From: Candidatus Kappaea frigidicola | Lineage (GTDB): Bacteria; Omnitrophota; Gorgyraeia; JAGLLT01 | DNA: 50,208 nucleotides | NCBI GenBank assembly: GCA_030765555.1 | Contig: JAVCCI010000034.1 | Span: 1-50,208 of the forward strand | Direction: 5' to 3' | Shown: one piece after another, positions 35,991 to 45,215 of the stretch | Layout of the letters: each line of letters begins with the position of its first letter | Numbering within the stretch: position 1 is the first letter of the stretch | Notes under the pieces: generated by a model | Databases searched by the model: none | The model's input: only the letters and a program-made list of their open reading frames with translations | Told to the model about the DNA's origin: nothing | Program-made: the position numbers and the translations under genes

Positions 35991-37067
35991 CTAAACTCCT
36001 GATTTCAACATTCTTTTTAAATCATCTATTTCACTTGTTCTGGCAATTGCATCTTCGTAAGTTATTTTTTGGGTTTGATATAATTCATACAAACTTTGAT
36101 TCATTGTCTTCATACCTTCTTTTTGCGAAGTTTGAATTACAGAATATATTTGATGAACCTTCCGGTCTCTTACCAAGCTTCTTACAGCAGCTGTTAATTT
36201 CAAAACCTCTAATGCCAATACTCTACCAGTAGTTTCCGTTTTAGGAACTAATTGCTGAGCTAAAACAGCATTTAGAACAAATGATAACTGCACCCTTGCC
36301 TGTTCCTGCTGGTGTTGAGGAAATACGTCAATAATCCTGTTAATTGTCTGAGCGGAATCTGATGTATGCAAAGTAGCTAAAACGAGATGTCCTGTTTCAG
36401 CAGCATTCAAAGCCAATTCTATACTTTCTAAATCTCTCATTTCACCAACTAGAATCACATCGGGATCCTGCCTAAGAACATGCTTAAGAGCTGTTGCAAA
36501 AGAATGCGTATCATGACCAACTTCTCGTTGATCAATTACAGCTTTTTTACCCTCATATATATACTCAATAGGATCTTCAATCGTTACAATATGAACCGGC
36601 CTATCATTATTAATGAACTCAACCATTGAAGCTAATGTAGTTGATTTTCCACTACCAGTAGCTCCAGTCACTAATACTAACCCCTTATTTTTCTTACACA
36701 AATCCACCAAAACATTTACCGGTAATCCACATTCTTCAAAAGACATTATATGGGCTGGCAGCACCCTAAGGGCCATACCTAAATTACCTCTTTGATAAAA
36801 CATATTTGCTCTAAAACGAGCCTCATCCCCTAACCCAAAAGACATATCAAGCTCTAAATCTTTTTCTAATTTTTGCTTTTGATCCTCACTAAGCAAGGTA
36901 TAAATCAAAGATTTAATTTCTTCATTTGAAAGCTTATCGTACTCACATGGGATTAGTTTTTCATCAATTCTTATGTGCGGGGGGGAACCTACGGATAAAT
37001 GTAAATCTGACGCACCTTTTTTTATAAGTAAATTTAAGAGTTCTTTTAAATCTGTTAACTTTGCCAA
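35991..37067 (-). CDS. pilT: Type IV pilus retraction ATPase PilT
   Basis: 358 aa. GASDLHLSVGSPP, Walker A GATGSGKST, and no N-terminal T2SSE_N domain. TTG start codon 5 nt after SD AAGGAGGT. Confidence 0.9.
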   Translation of the reverse strand: MAKLTDLKELLNLLIKKGASDLHLSVGSPPHIRIDEKLIPCEYDKLSNEEIKSLIYTLLSEDQKQKLEKDLELDMSFGLGDEARFRANMFYQRGNLGMALRVLPAHIMSFEECGLPVNVLVDLCKKNKGLVLVTGATGSGKSTTLASMVEFINNDRPVHIVTIEDPIEYIYEGKKAVIDQREVGHDTHSFATALKHVLRQDPDVILVGEMRDLESIELALNAAETGHLVLATLHTSDSAQTINRIIDVFPQHQQEQARVQLSFVLNAVLAQQLVPKTETTGRVLALEVLKLTAAVRSLVRDRKVHQIYSVIQTSQKEGMKTMNQSLYELYQTQKITYEDAIARTSEIDDLKRMLKSGV

Positions 37068-37099
37068 TTTTAACCTCCTTTGAAAAAAAGACGAGCCAC

Positions 37100-38524
37100 T
37101 TAAGCGTATATTTTATTGCCTTCTTCAGACTGACCTTTTGTTAAAAGCATTTTTGCCTTACTAATCAGCTCTTCGCCCCTCATACCATCAATCGGATTTG
37201 ATGTTACCGCACCACTAATACTAATCTTTTTATTAGGCATTTCCTCTTGATTAGCAAATTCAAATTCCTCGATCATTTGCCTAACTTTATCAGCTATCAG
37301 ATGCGCCTCGCGCTTATTCCTTTCTGGAAGTATCATTGCAAATTGACTATGATCAAAGCGGGCTACTTTATCAATTTGGTCAGCGCTAGTTTTCAAGATT
37401 GAAGCAACTCTTTTTAAAATATCTTCAGCAGAGGCTTTTCCAAATTTATCTTCATACAAATCAAAATTATCAATATCAAACAAGATAAATGAACAAGGTC
37501 TTTGATAGGTTATCGATCTCTCAATTTCTTCATTCAGTCTCTCTTTAGCAAATTTAACATTAAAGAGACCGGTTAGCTCATCACTCACGGATAATTCTTC
37601 TGTTCTTTTCATTAGCCAATTATTTTCTAAGGCAATGGAAACCTGCTTACTAAATACACTCATTAGATCAATGTCATCATCTGTAAATGAAAAACTTTCT
37701 TTATTGTTTCCTAATATTAAAGCACATTGAACTTCACCGTGAAGAATAACGGGAAATTCAATCACATTCTTTAGTGCTAATTTATTTGATAATACCTTAG
37801 TAACATTTGTAATTTTGTGCTGAGCATCAAATATGAGAGTTTCTCGCTGCTTAGATATCCTTGACAAAACCCCCTCGGAAAAATCTTTTTCAAGACTTTC
37901 AATCTCTTCAGGCTTGAGATTACTAGTCGCCTTAAGCCTAACAGTTGCATTCTTATCATCAAAAATAGCCAGAAAACTTTTCTCACAATCCATAACGTCT
38001 GGTAAACGCTCGATAACAGTTTGAAGGATTATATTTAAATCCTTGGCGCTTGACATAATACTACTAACCTGAAAAAGCGTCGAAAGAGCGGTCATCTTTT
38101 GATTTATTTCAAGATTAATACCCCTAATCCTCTCTTCATATCCCTTTAAAGTATCAACGTTACTTGTAAGCCTAGAAGCCATCTTATTAATCGAATAGCT
38201 CAAATCTCCAATTTCATCCTCCCTGTTAACTGGAATTTCCTGGAAATCATTGCCATCATTATAAAGCCTAACCTTTTCAGCTATTTCAATAACTGGCTCT
38301 ACAATGCTCTTAGCTATCAACAAACCCAAAACAGTTATTACGATAGTTATTAAGAGTATTAAGGATATATCTCCCATAACAAAAAATTCATTTTTATAAA
38401 CATATACGCTAATAATTACACCGCAGACTAATAGCGGCACGACAGACATGAGGCTAAAGGCAAGAATAAGTTTGTACCTTAAACCCTTAGGCATAAGAGA
38501 TATGCTCTTAAATATATTACCCAT
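37100..38524 (-). CDS. Membrane sensor: 2 TM, HAMP, GAF, degenerate GGDEF domain
   Basis: HAMP (EDEIGDLSYSINKMASRL), a GAF-like middle region, and a GGDEF-fold C-terminus. The signature is replaced by DHSQF (37340-37354) and the I-site position reads DQID. Confidence 0.75.
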   Translation of the reverse strand: MGNIFKSISLMPKGLRYKLILAFSLMSVVPLLVCGVIISVYVYKNEFFVMGDISLILLITIVITVLGLLIAKSIVEPVIEIAEKVRLYNDGNDFQEIPVNREDEIGDLSYSINKMASRLTSNVDTLKGYEERIRGINLEINQKMTALSTLFQVSSIMSSAKDLNIILQTVIERLPDVMDCEKSFLAIFDDKNATVRLKATSNLKPEEIESLEKDFSEGVLSRISKQRETLIFDAQHKITNVTKVLSNKLALKNVIEFPVILHGEVQCALILGNNKESFSFTDDDIDLMSVFSKQVSIALENNWLMKRTEELSVSDELTGLFNVKFAKERLNEEIERSITYQRPCSFILFDIDNFDLYEDKFGKASAEDILKRVASILKTSADQIDKVARFDHSQFAMILPERNKREAHLIADKVRQMIEEFEFANQEEMPNKKISISGAVTSNPIDGMRGEELISKAKMLLTKGQSEEGNKIYA

Positions 38525-38583
38525 TTTAATTCCTCCCTGAAAAAGGTAAGTCTATATACGTCAAACAGTTAATGCGTATTTAA

Positions 38584-38612
38584 AGTATACAATATAAAGT
38601 ATTAAGAGTCAA
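38584..38612 (-). promoter_or_regulatory. Sigma70-like promoter of the sensor-pilT-...-pilC operon
   Basis: TTGACT, 17 nt, TATACT. Located between the rodA stop and the sensor gene. Confidence 0.55.
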
Positions 38613-38624
38613 GAAAGCTAATTA

Positions 38625-39704
38625 CTACGCTTCAAATTTGATATTAAAAAGAATGCCTATTAGCACAGAAAAAACAATCATAGCTGACCCACCATAACTA
38701 ATATAGGGCAAAGGCAAACCCACTACTGGCATCAAACCAATACACATACATATATTAATAATAACTTGCATTGCGATTAAAACACATACTCCTGTAGCTA
38801 GCAACCTCTTTGACATACTGGATGCATGTGTAGCAATATCTAAACCTTGAATGATTAAAAAATAGAAAAGGAATAAAATTAACAACGCACCTAAAAATCC
38901 CCATTCTTCACCAATTCCAGAAAATATAAAATCAGTGTGATGCTCTGGTAAAAAGTTAAGTTGACTTTGAGTCCCGCTTAACCATCCTTTACCAAAAAAC
39001 CCTCCTGAACCAATAGCAATTTTAGATTGGATAATGGTATAACCCGAACCTAAGGGATCAGCATTTGGATTAATAAAAACCATGAGTCTAGATTTTTGAT
39101 AATCTTTTAATAAAAACCAAAGAAATGGTGATGCTGCTATTGCTGAAATAAACATCACAATTATATAACGCAATCTAAAACCCCAGACATAAAGCATCGA
39201 AAAAGCCACGGGTATAAAAACCAAGGCTGTGCCAAGATCTGGCTGCATTATAATAAGCAAAACAGGTAATCCTGTCAACGCCAAAACAATAAACACACAT
39301 TTAATTCCATTTTCCTGATATTTGTACGCAGATAGAAAACGAGCTAAAGTCAAAATGAATATTAACTTCATTAATTCAGAGGGCTGTATGTTTATACCAA
39401 CAAAGCTAACCCACCTTCCAGCCCCCAGTCGGGGTTGAGCTACTAATATAACATAGATTAACAAAAGAATACCAAAGGCATAGAGAACATATGAGAAATC
39501 CAACAATCTTCTGTAGCCTATAATAAGCATAGAAACTATTGCAACCAAACTAAGAATTATCCAAACAAGTTGATGGCTTATATATTCAGCGTTATCAATT
39601 TTTCCTTTACCAAACGAAGCGCTGTATAAAGCTAAGAACCCAACGATAACTATTAAAAAATAAGTTAGTGGCAAGCTTATATTAGTATTTCTGAAATTCT
39701 TCAT
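38625..39704 (-). CDS. rodA: Peptidoglycan glycosyltransferase RodA (SEDS family)
   Basis: 359-aa polytopic FtsW/RodA/SpoVE pattern (EHHTDFIF, PLPYISYGGS). Follows mrdA. Confidence 0.85.
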   Translation of the reverse strand: MKNFRNTNISLPLTYFLIVIVGFLALYSASFGKGKIDNAEYISHQLVWIILSLVAIVSMLIIGYRRLLDFSYVLYAFGILLLIYVILVAQPRLGAGRWVSFVGINIQPSELMKLIFILTLARFLSAYKYQENGIKCVFIVLALTGLPVLLIIMQPDLGTALVFIPVAFSMLYVWGFRLRYIIVMFISAIAASPFLWFLLKDYQKSRLMVFINPNADPLGSGYTIIQSKIAIGSGGFFGKGWLSGTQSQLNFLPEHHTDFIFSGIGEEWGFLGALLILFLFYFLIIQGLDIATHASSMSKRLLATGVCVLIAMQVIINICMCIGLMPVVGLPLPYISYGGSAMIVFSVLIGILFNIKFEA

Positions 39705-39707
39705 TCT

Positions 39708-41435
39708 TTAAATAATACTCTCTTCTTTCATATGAAAAATGATCTTTTGAGCTATACCAGCCGCTTCATATCCACCACTACCGCCATGCTCGATGAAAAC
39801 AACAATAGCATACATAGGAAAATCAACCGGGAAAAAACAAACAAACCCGGCGTGAGTCTTTCCGTGTGAATTTTGAACAGTAGCTGTCTTACCAGCAATG
39901 TTGATACCTTTTACCTGAGCCCTTTTTCCTGTTCCAGTTTCAGAAACGACTAAATCCATACCTTCGTTTATTGCATTTAAATTATCTGTTTTAAAATTAC
40001 ATGATTCGATTTTGCCAACTCCGACATCAACATCTTCTATTTGATTAACTAAAGTAGGCGTTACAAGATATCCCCCATTAGCAATAACAGATGCCATTTT
40101 CAATATTTGTAATGGCGTAACTTGCAAATAACTCTGGCCAATTGCTAGGGAAACCGTATCTCCATCATACCAACGATCATTATAAAGCTTTTGCTTCCAA
40201 TGACGATCAGGAACCAAACCTGCCTGCTCCGAAGGCAAATCAATTCCCGTGCGTACTCCATACCCAAATTTCCGAGCATAGCTGCTAAGATTATCAATCC
40301 CAACTTTCAAACCAACTCTATAACAAAAGACATTGCACGAATTCTTAAGTGCCAAAACAACATTTTGATTTCCGTGACCATTTCTATACCAGCATTTAAA
40401 TTCCTTCTTACCAAGCCTTAAGTATCCCGGACAGTTAAACTCACTCTTCCTATTTATAGCTTCAGTTTCAAGTCCTGACATAAGAGTCACAATCTTAAAG
40501 ACTGAACCTGATGGATAGACGGCTTGAATATTACGATTTAGAAGAGGACTATTTTCTGGAGGAGTGTTAAAAATGGCTCTAATTTCTTTATTTTTTTGAG
40601 AATTTGGATTTATAAATATATTCGGGTTGTAACTTGGAGCACTGACCATAGCTAATATTTTGCCATCGCTTGGATTCCAAACACAAACAGCTCCTTTTTT
40701 ATCTTTAATAAGTGAATATATATAATTCTGCAAATCTAAATCTATTGATAGAAATATGTCTTTGCCTTTTTGAGGTTTCTTATATCCAATTAATCGCAAA
40801 CGACGTCCGCGATTATCTACCTCCATCTGAAATCCACCGTCTTCGCCTTTTAGATAACTATTATAACTACTTTCGATACCTGCTCGGCCAACTAAATCAA
40901 TAGATTTATATCCGTAATACTTTAGCCTTTTATACTCCTGGGCATTGAGTTTACTAACATATCCCAATATGTGCGCTAAAGATTCTTCATATAAATATTC
41001 TCTAAGTGGTGCTGTTTGAATAAGAACTCCGCTATAATCAAGATTATTTTCTTCAATATATAATGCCTGATCCCGGGGAATATCTTCAGCAATAATCGCT
41101 GGCACAAAATAATTAATTGTGTTGCGCTCTAAATTGCTACGTAATTTTCTTTCACTAATTCCTACGACAGAAGAAAGGTCAGCCAATAAAGTTTCGTTCT
41201 TCTTTGCCTCCTGAGGAATCACAGCCAGATTAAACGATAGTCGGCTTTTAGCTAAAATATTGCCATTTCTATCATATATATCCCCTCGCGAGGCAACAAT
41301 GGGATTTATTCTAATCCTGTTTTCCTTACTCAAACTATTATAATATTGATAATTAAGGACTTGCAATCTAAATAGACCGATAGCAACTATTAGAAATAAA
41401 AGAGAAAGGACTATTTTTAAATTTCTTACTTTCAT
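39708..41435 (-). CDS. mrdA: Penicillin-binding protein 2 (elongasome transpeptidase)
   Basis: PBP dimerisation domain plus a transpeptidase domain with SxxK (PSGSVFK), SxN (KNSCN) and KTG (AGKTAT). mreBCD-mrdA-rodA synteny. Confidence 0.85.
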   Translation of the reverse strand: MKVRNLKIVLSLLFLIVAIGLFRLQVLNYQYYNSLSKENRIRINPIVASRGDIYDRNGNILAKSRLSFNLAVIPQEAKKNETLLADLSSVVGISERKLRSNLERNTINYFVPAIIAEDIPRDQALYIEENNLDYSGVLIQTAPLREYLYEESLAHILGYVSKLNAQEYKRLKYYGYKSIDLVGRAGIESSYNSYLKGEDGGFQMEVDNRGRRLRLIGYKKPQKGKDIFLSIDLDLQNYIYSLIKDKKGAVCVWNPSDGKILAMVSAPSYNPNIFINPNSQKNKEIRAIFNTPPENSPLLNRNIQAVYPSGSVFKIVTLMSGLETEAINRKSEFNCPGYLRLGKKEFKCWYRNGHGNQNVVLALKNSCNVFCYRVGLKVGIDNLSSYARKFGYGVRTGIDLPSEQAGLVPDRHWKQKLYNDRWYDGDTVSLAIGQSYLQVTPLQILKMASVIANGGYLVTPTLVNQIEDVDVGVGKIESCNFKTDNLNAINEGMDLVVSETGTGKRAQVKGINIAGKTATVQNSHGKTHAGFVCFFPVDFPMYAIVVFIEHGGSGGYEAAGIAQKIIFHMKEESII

Positions 41436-41438
41436 AAT

Positions 41439-41927
41439 CTAAATCATCTTCAATGGTTTACCAACAACAAAATAGAGTATATAAAAAGGTACTAGTGTAT
41501 AAAGCGCTGCTGGAATGATAAGACTTTTAAGCGTTAAATAAAATCCAGGAAGTTGAAGATCTGCTCTGGCAAAAAGGTAGTAAAGAATGTAGGATAAAAT
41601 AAACATTGCGAAACTAACTAAAAAAAGAGTCCATTTATCTTGCGTATCAATTATTTTTTTATTGAATAAAATTACCATATAAATACATAAGAAAATAAAA
41701 ATATTTAGACCAAATGGGCCAGCAGAAAAAATATCACAGGCCAGGCCTGCAAAAAGAGCAATAAGAAAAGCTGAAAACGTATCAGAAAAAAGACTGAAAA
41801 ATACAACTAATGCAAGTACCAAATCGGGCTTTATACCAAAAATAGCAAAGTAATTTAAAAAACTTATCTGAGCTAATACGCTTCCCACTGTTAAAATGAT
41901 AACGATTATTGTCTTTTTTTTAGACAT
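41439..41927 (-). CDS. mreD: Rod shape-determining protein MreD
   Basis: 162-aa polytopic membrane protein immediately after mreC. The call rests mainly on synteny. Confidence 0.7.
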   Translation of the reverse strand: MSKKKTIIVIILTVGSVLAQISFLNYFAIFGIKPDLVLALVVFFSLFSDTFSAFLIALFAGLACDIFSAGPFGLNIFIFLCIYMVILFNKKIIDTQDKWTLFLVSFAMFILSYILYYLFARADLQLPGFYLTLKSLIIPAALYTLVPFYILYFVVGKPLKMI

Positions 41928-42691
41928 AGAACATCTTCTAGGTTAATTAAGTTATATTCTGGTTTTACGATAGATGTTTTATAAGTGTAAGAAGGATCAT
42001 AATCAATACTTACAACTTTACCGACATATATACCTTCAGGATAAATTGAGCTATTTGCAGAAGTTATAACGCGATCACCAATAATAATCTTACTATCTAG
42101 AGGTAAATATTTTAACCTACACAAACCATCGTAGAAACCCTCTAAAATAGCCTCATCCCTTGTTCTCTGGACCTTAACAGCAACTTTGCTTGCTGGATCA
42201 GTAATTAACATAACTCTTGCATATCCTGCATGAGCACTAATAACCTTACCAGCTAAACCTCCAAAATATATTACACCCACTGCATCTTTTATCCCCGCCT
42301 TTGAACCCTTATCAAGTAATAGCGTGTTTCTCCAGTTAGAAGGATCTCTACCAATAACATGGCAAGCAACAGTATCAAAAGTCAAACTCTTTTTATAATC
42401 GAGCAAGTCCTTGAGTCTTTGGTTTTCAAGACGTAATTCATCAGAAGTTTTAACGTCGTAATGAATTTTGGTTAATTTATCCTTGATATCTTTATTCTCT
42501 TTGAGAAGTTTTTTATACTGAAGCATGCCTATCATATCCTTAGAAGAAACATCAGATATATAAAGCGGATATTGTGAAAGATAAATTATGGGTAATTTAA
42601 TTTTTGAAGATATAGTATCGGGAAGGAAGATAATAGAAATTATTAAAAAAAATAATATTATAACTAACCACTTATGAGTTCGCGCTGTCAC
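41906..42691 (-). CDS. mreC: Rod shape-determining protein MreC
   Basis: N-terminal TM, a coiled coil (ENQRLKDLL), and two beta-barrel regions (GLAGKVISAHAGYARVMLITD). Confidence 0.85.
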   Translation of the reverse strand: MTARTHKWLVIILFFLIISIIFLPDTISSKIKLPIIYLSQYPLYISDVSSKDMIGMLQYKKLLKENKDIKDKLTKIHYDVKTSDELRLENQRLKDLLDYKKSLTFDTVACHVIGRDPSNWRNTLLLDKGSKAGIKDAVGVIYFGGLAGKVISAHAGYARVMLITDPASKVAVKVQRTRDEAILEGFYDGLCRLKYLPLDSKIIIGDRVITSANSSIYPEGIYVGKVVSIDYDPSYTYKTSIVKPEYNLINLEDVLCLKKRQ

Positions 42692-42702
42692 ATTCCATTA
42701 TC

Positions 42703-43770
42703 CTATGTTTCGTATTTACCAAGCTCAGCTATTTTTTTAAGATATTTTATTTCTTCTAACATCTTACCAGTGCCCAAGCAAACTGCCGTGAGCGGATCAT
42801 CAGCCACAGTTACCGGCAAACCTGTCTCTTCCGACAGTAGTTTATCTAAATTACGCAACAAAGCACCGCCACCAGCTAAAATAAGTCCTCTATCAACTAA
42901 ATCAGCTGATAGCTCTGGGGGTGTCCTTTCAAGCGTTTGCCTAACAGATTCAACAATAAGAGCTATAGGCTCTGACAAAGCTTCCCTAACTTCTTCAGAA
43001 GTAATTGTTAAAGTCTTAGGAAGTCCCGCCACTAAATCACGCCCTTTTACTTCCATGCTCAACTCTTCCTCCAGAGGATAAGCTGAACCAATTCTAATTT
43101 TAATCTCTTCTGCAGTCCTTTCACCAATCATTAAGTTGTAAACTTTTTTCAAATGGCTGATAATGGAATTATCCATTTCATTACCGCCAATTCTTAATGA
43201 TTTGGCACAAACTATTCCGCCTAAAGAAATGACTGCTATCTCAGTAGTACCTCCACCTATATCAACTATCATGTTGCCAGTCGGATCTTGAATAGGCAAC
43301 CCAGCACCTATAGCAGCTGCTAGTGGCTGCTCAACCAAGTAAACCTGCCTTGCACCAGCATGCTCAGCAGAATCCTTGACAGCACGCCTCTCGACTTCAG
43401 TGATACCTGATGGAATAGCAACAACTATACACGGCCTGATAAATGTCCTGCTTTTATGAGCCTTTCTTATAAAATAACGTAACATACTCTCTGATATCTC
43501 AAAATCAGCAATTACGCCATCCTTCATTGGCCTAATAGGAACTATGCTTCCAGGGGTTCTTCCCAGCATTCTCTTTGCTTCTTCCCCTACTGCTAAAACC
43601 TTAGATGTCCCTTTTTGAATAGTAACTACAGATGGCTCACACAAAACAATACCCTGGTTTTTTACATATACCAGAGTATTAGCAGTACCTAAATCTATGC
43701 CGATATCATTTGAAAAGAAACCAGCTAAATTATAATAAACATCTCTAATAAAAATAAATATTTTTTTCAT
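42703..43770 (-). CDS. mreB: Rod shape-determining actin homolog MreB
   Basis: [22 protein letters not shown] and other actin-fold motifs. The start is moved to the ATG at 43770 because a consensus promoter (43798-43827) lies inside the longer ORF-track version. Confidence 0.95.
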   Translation of the reverse strand: MKKIFIFIRDVYYNLAGFFSNDIGIDLGTANTLVYVKNQGIVLCEPSVVTIQKGTSKVLAVGEEAKRMLGRTPGSIVPIRPMKDGVIADFEISESMLRYFIRKAHKSRTFIRPCIVVAIPSGITEVERRAVKDSAEHAGARQVYLVEQPLAAAIGAGLPIQDPTGNMIVDIGGGTTEIAVISLGGIVCAKSLRIGGNEMDNSIISHLKKVYNLMIGERTAEEIKIRIGSAYPLEEELSMEVKGRDLVAGLPKTLTITSEEVREALSEPIALIVESVRQTLERTPPELSADLVDRGLILAGGGALLRNLDKLLSEETGLPVTVADDPLTAVCLGTGKMLEEIKYLKKIAELGKYET

Positions 43771-43797
43771 TTTTTCCCTGCCTTTACTCGCTTTAAA

Positions 43798-43827
43798 ATT
43801 ATAACAAAAAGGGGTGTTAAATGTCAA
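43798..43827 (-). promoter_or_regulatory. Consensus sigma70 promoter of the mreBCD-mrdA-rodA operon
   Basis: TTGACA, 18 nt, TATAAT, with a TGT extended -10. Confidence 0.65.
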
Positions 43828-43861
43828 ACAGTTTTTATATACTGTAATAAGCATTCATGGG

Positions 43862-45151
43862 TTACATAATTACCTGCATTAGATTTTTAAAAAAATCAGG
43901 AAACGAAGTTTCGATACAATCAGTATCAATAACTTCTGTTGTTCCCCTAGAAACCAAACCGGCAATTAAAAAACTCATGGCTGTGCGATGATCAGAATAA
44001 CTATCAATTTCAGCCCCCCGCAAAGATGTAGGACCAGTTATATAAATATCATTTCCTTGAACATCAATCTTAGCTCCCATTTTACTTAACCCAACAGTCA
44101 TAGATTCAATTCTATCAGTTTCTTTAACTCTAAGTTCAGCAGCATCTTTTATCTGGCTAGTTCCGTGAGCTTGCGTAGCAGCTACCATCAATATGGGAAT
44201 TTCATCAATTAATCTAGGTATCATATTCTTTTCTATTATAAAGGGCTTAAGCTCAGACGACTTAACGCATATGTCAGCTAATGGCTCAATGGCCTCAGGT
44301 GCTTTATTTATGATACTTAAATCAGCTTCCATTCGTTGCAAGATGTCCAATAAGCCTGTCCTAGTTTTATTAACACCCACATTTTTAATCATAATTTCAG
44401 AATTCTCTGTAATTAATGCAGCTATAATAAAAAAAGCCGCGCTTGAAATATCAGCTGGTATTTTAATGTCTCGAGCTTTCAACTTATCAATCGGATTTAC
44501 AGTTACCTTCAAACCGTCAATTTCAATATCCGCACCAAATGCTTTGAGCATATTTTCAGTATGGTCTCTAGACTTAAATGGTTCAGTAATTGAAGTTGGC
44601 CCAGAGGCATTTAATCCCGCTAACAATAAGGATGATTTTACCTGAGCACTCGATACTGGACTAACATAATTTATTCCTTTTAATTTCTTACCTTTTATAG
44701 TTAATGGTAAATGTCCAGCATCCTCAGGCCCTTGAATATCAGCACCCATCATTCTTAACGGTTGAGTTATTCTTTTCAAAGGCCTTAAAGACAAAGAATC
44801 ATCACCAGTTAAAACACTAGACAAAAAACTTCCAGCTAAAATTCCAGAAGTTAGCCTTAAACCAGTACCTGAATTGCCAAAATATAAATCATCTTCCGGC
44901 TGCTTGAGAGAATCGTAACCATTTGAATTTATATGATAAGAATTTTGATCTTTCTGGATAATCTCAATTCCTAACTTGCGAAATACATCTATAGTCCAAA
45001 GGCAATCTTCGCTTTTCAAAAAATTACTTACAAAGGTTGTGCCATTACTGATGCTTGCAATCATCACCGCTCTATGAGATATAGATTTATCAGCAGGTAC
45101 TATAGCTTCGCCCTTAAGTTGATTGTGTTTTTCTATTTTTATTTTTTTCAT
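43862..45151 (-). CDS. aroA: 3-phosphoshikimate 1-carboxyvinyltransferase (EPSP synthase)
   Basis: 429 aa with PADKSISHRAVM, LFGNSGTGLR-type (YFGNSGTGLR) and other EPSP synthase motifs. Confidence 0.95.
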   Translation of the reverse strand: MKKIKIEKHNQLKGEAIVPADKSISHRAVMIASISNGTTFVSNFLKSEDCLWTIDVFRKLGIEIIQKDQNSYHINSNGYDSLKQPEDDLYFGNSGTGLRLTSGILAGSFLSSVLTGDDSLSLRPLKRITQPLRMMGADIQGPEDAGHLPLTIKGKKLKGINYVSPVSSAQVKSSLLLAGLNASGPTSITEPFKSRDHTENMLKAFGADIEIDGLKVTVNPIDKLKARDIKIPADISSAAFFIIAALITENSEIMIKNVGVNKTRTGLLDILQRMEADLSIINKAPEAIEPLADICVKSSELKPFIIEKNMIPRLIDEIPILMVAATQAHGTSQIKDAAELRVKETDRIESMTVGLSKMGAKIDVQGNDIYITGPTSLRGAEIDSYSDHRTAMSFLIAGLVSRGTTEVIDTDCIETSFPDFFKNLMQVIM

Positions 45152-45154
45152 TTC

Positions 45155-45184
45155 AAAAAAAAGGGGCTAGATTAATCTAACCCC
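45155..45184 (-). terminator. Rho-independent terminator after the coiled-coil gene
   Basis: GGGGUUAGAU-UA-AUCUAGCCCC with one G-U pair, followed by U8. The U-tract ends 3 nt before the aroA ATG. Confidence 0.8.
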
Positions 45185-45215
45185 ATAAGAGCGCAAATTT
45201 AATGCTCCATATATT

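Noticed and set aside
3270-37986. Nested out-of-frame minus-strand ORFs (3270-3518, 15602-15784, 22003-22299, 25654-25848, 34083-34295, 37777-37986)
   Set aside because: They are embedded in alternative frames of well-supported genes (pseudopilin, nadD, pilQ, pilin 2, the giant GGDEF protein, the sensor). They have no RBS and no recognisable motifs.
43771-43854. 28-codon N-terminal extension of MreB
   Set aside because: A consensus TTGACA-18-TATAAT promoter lies inside the extension. The ATG at 43770 gives a normal-length MreB.
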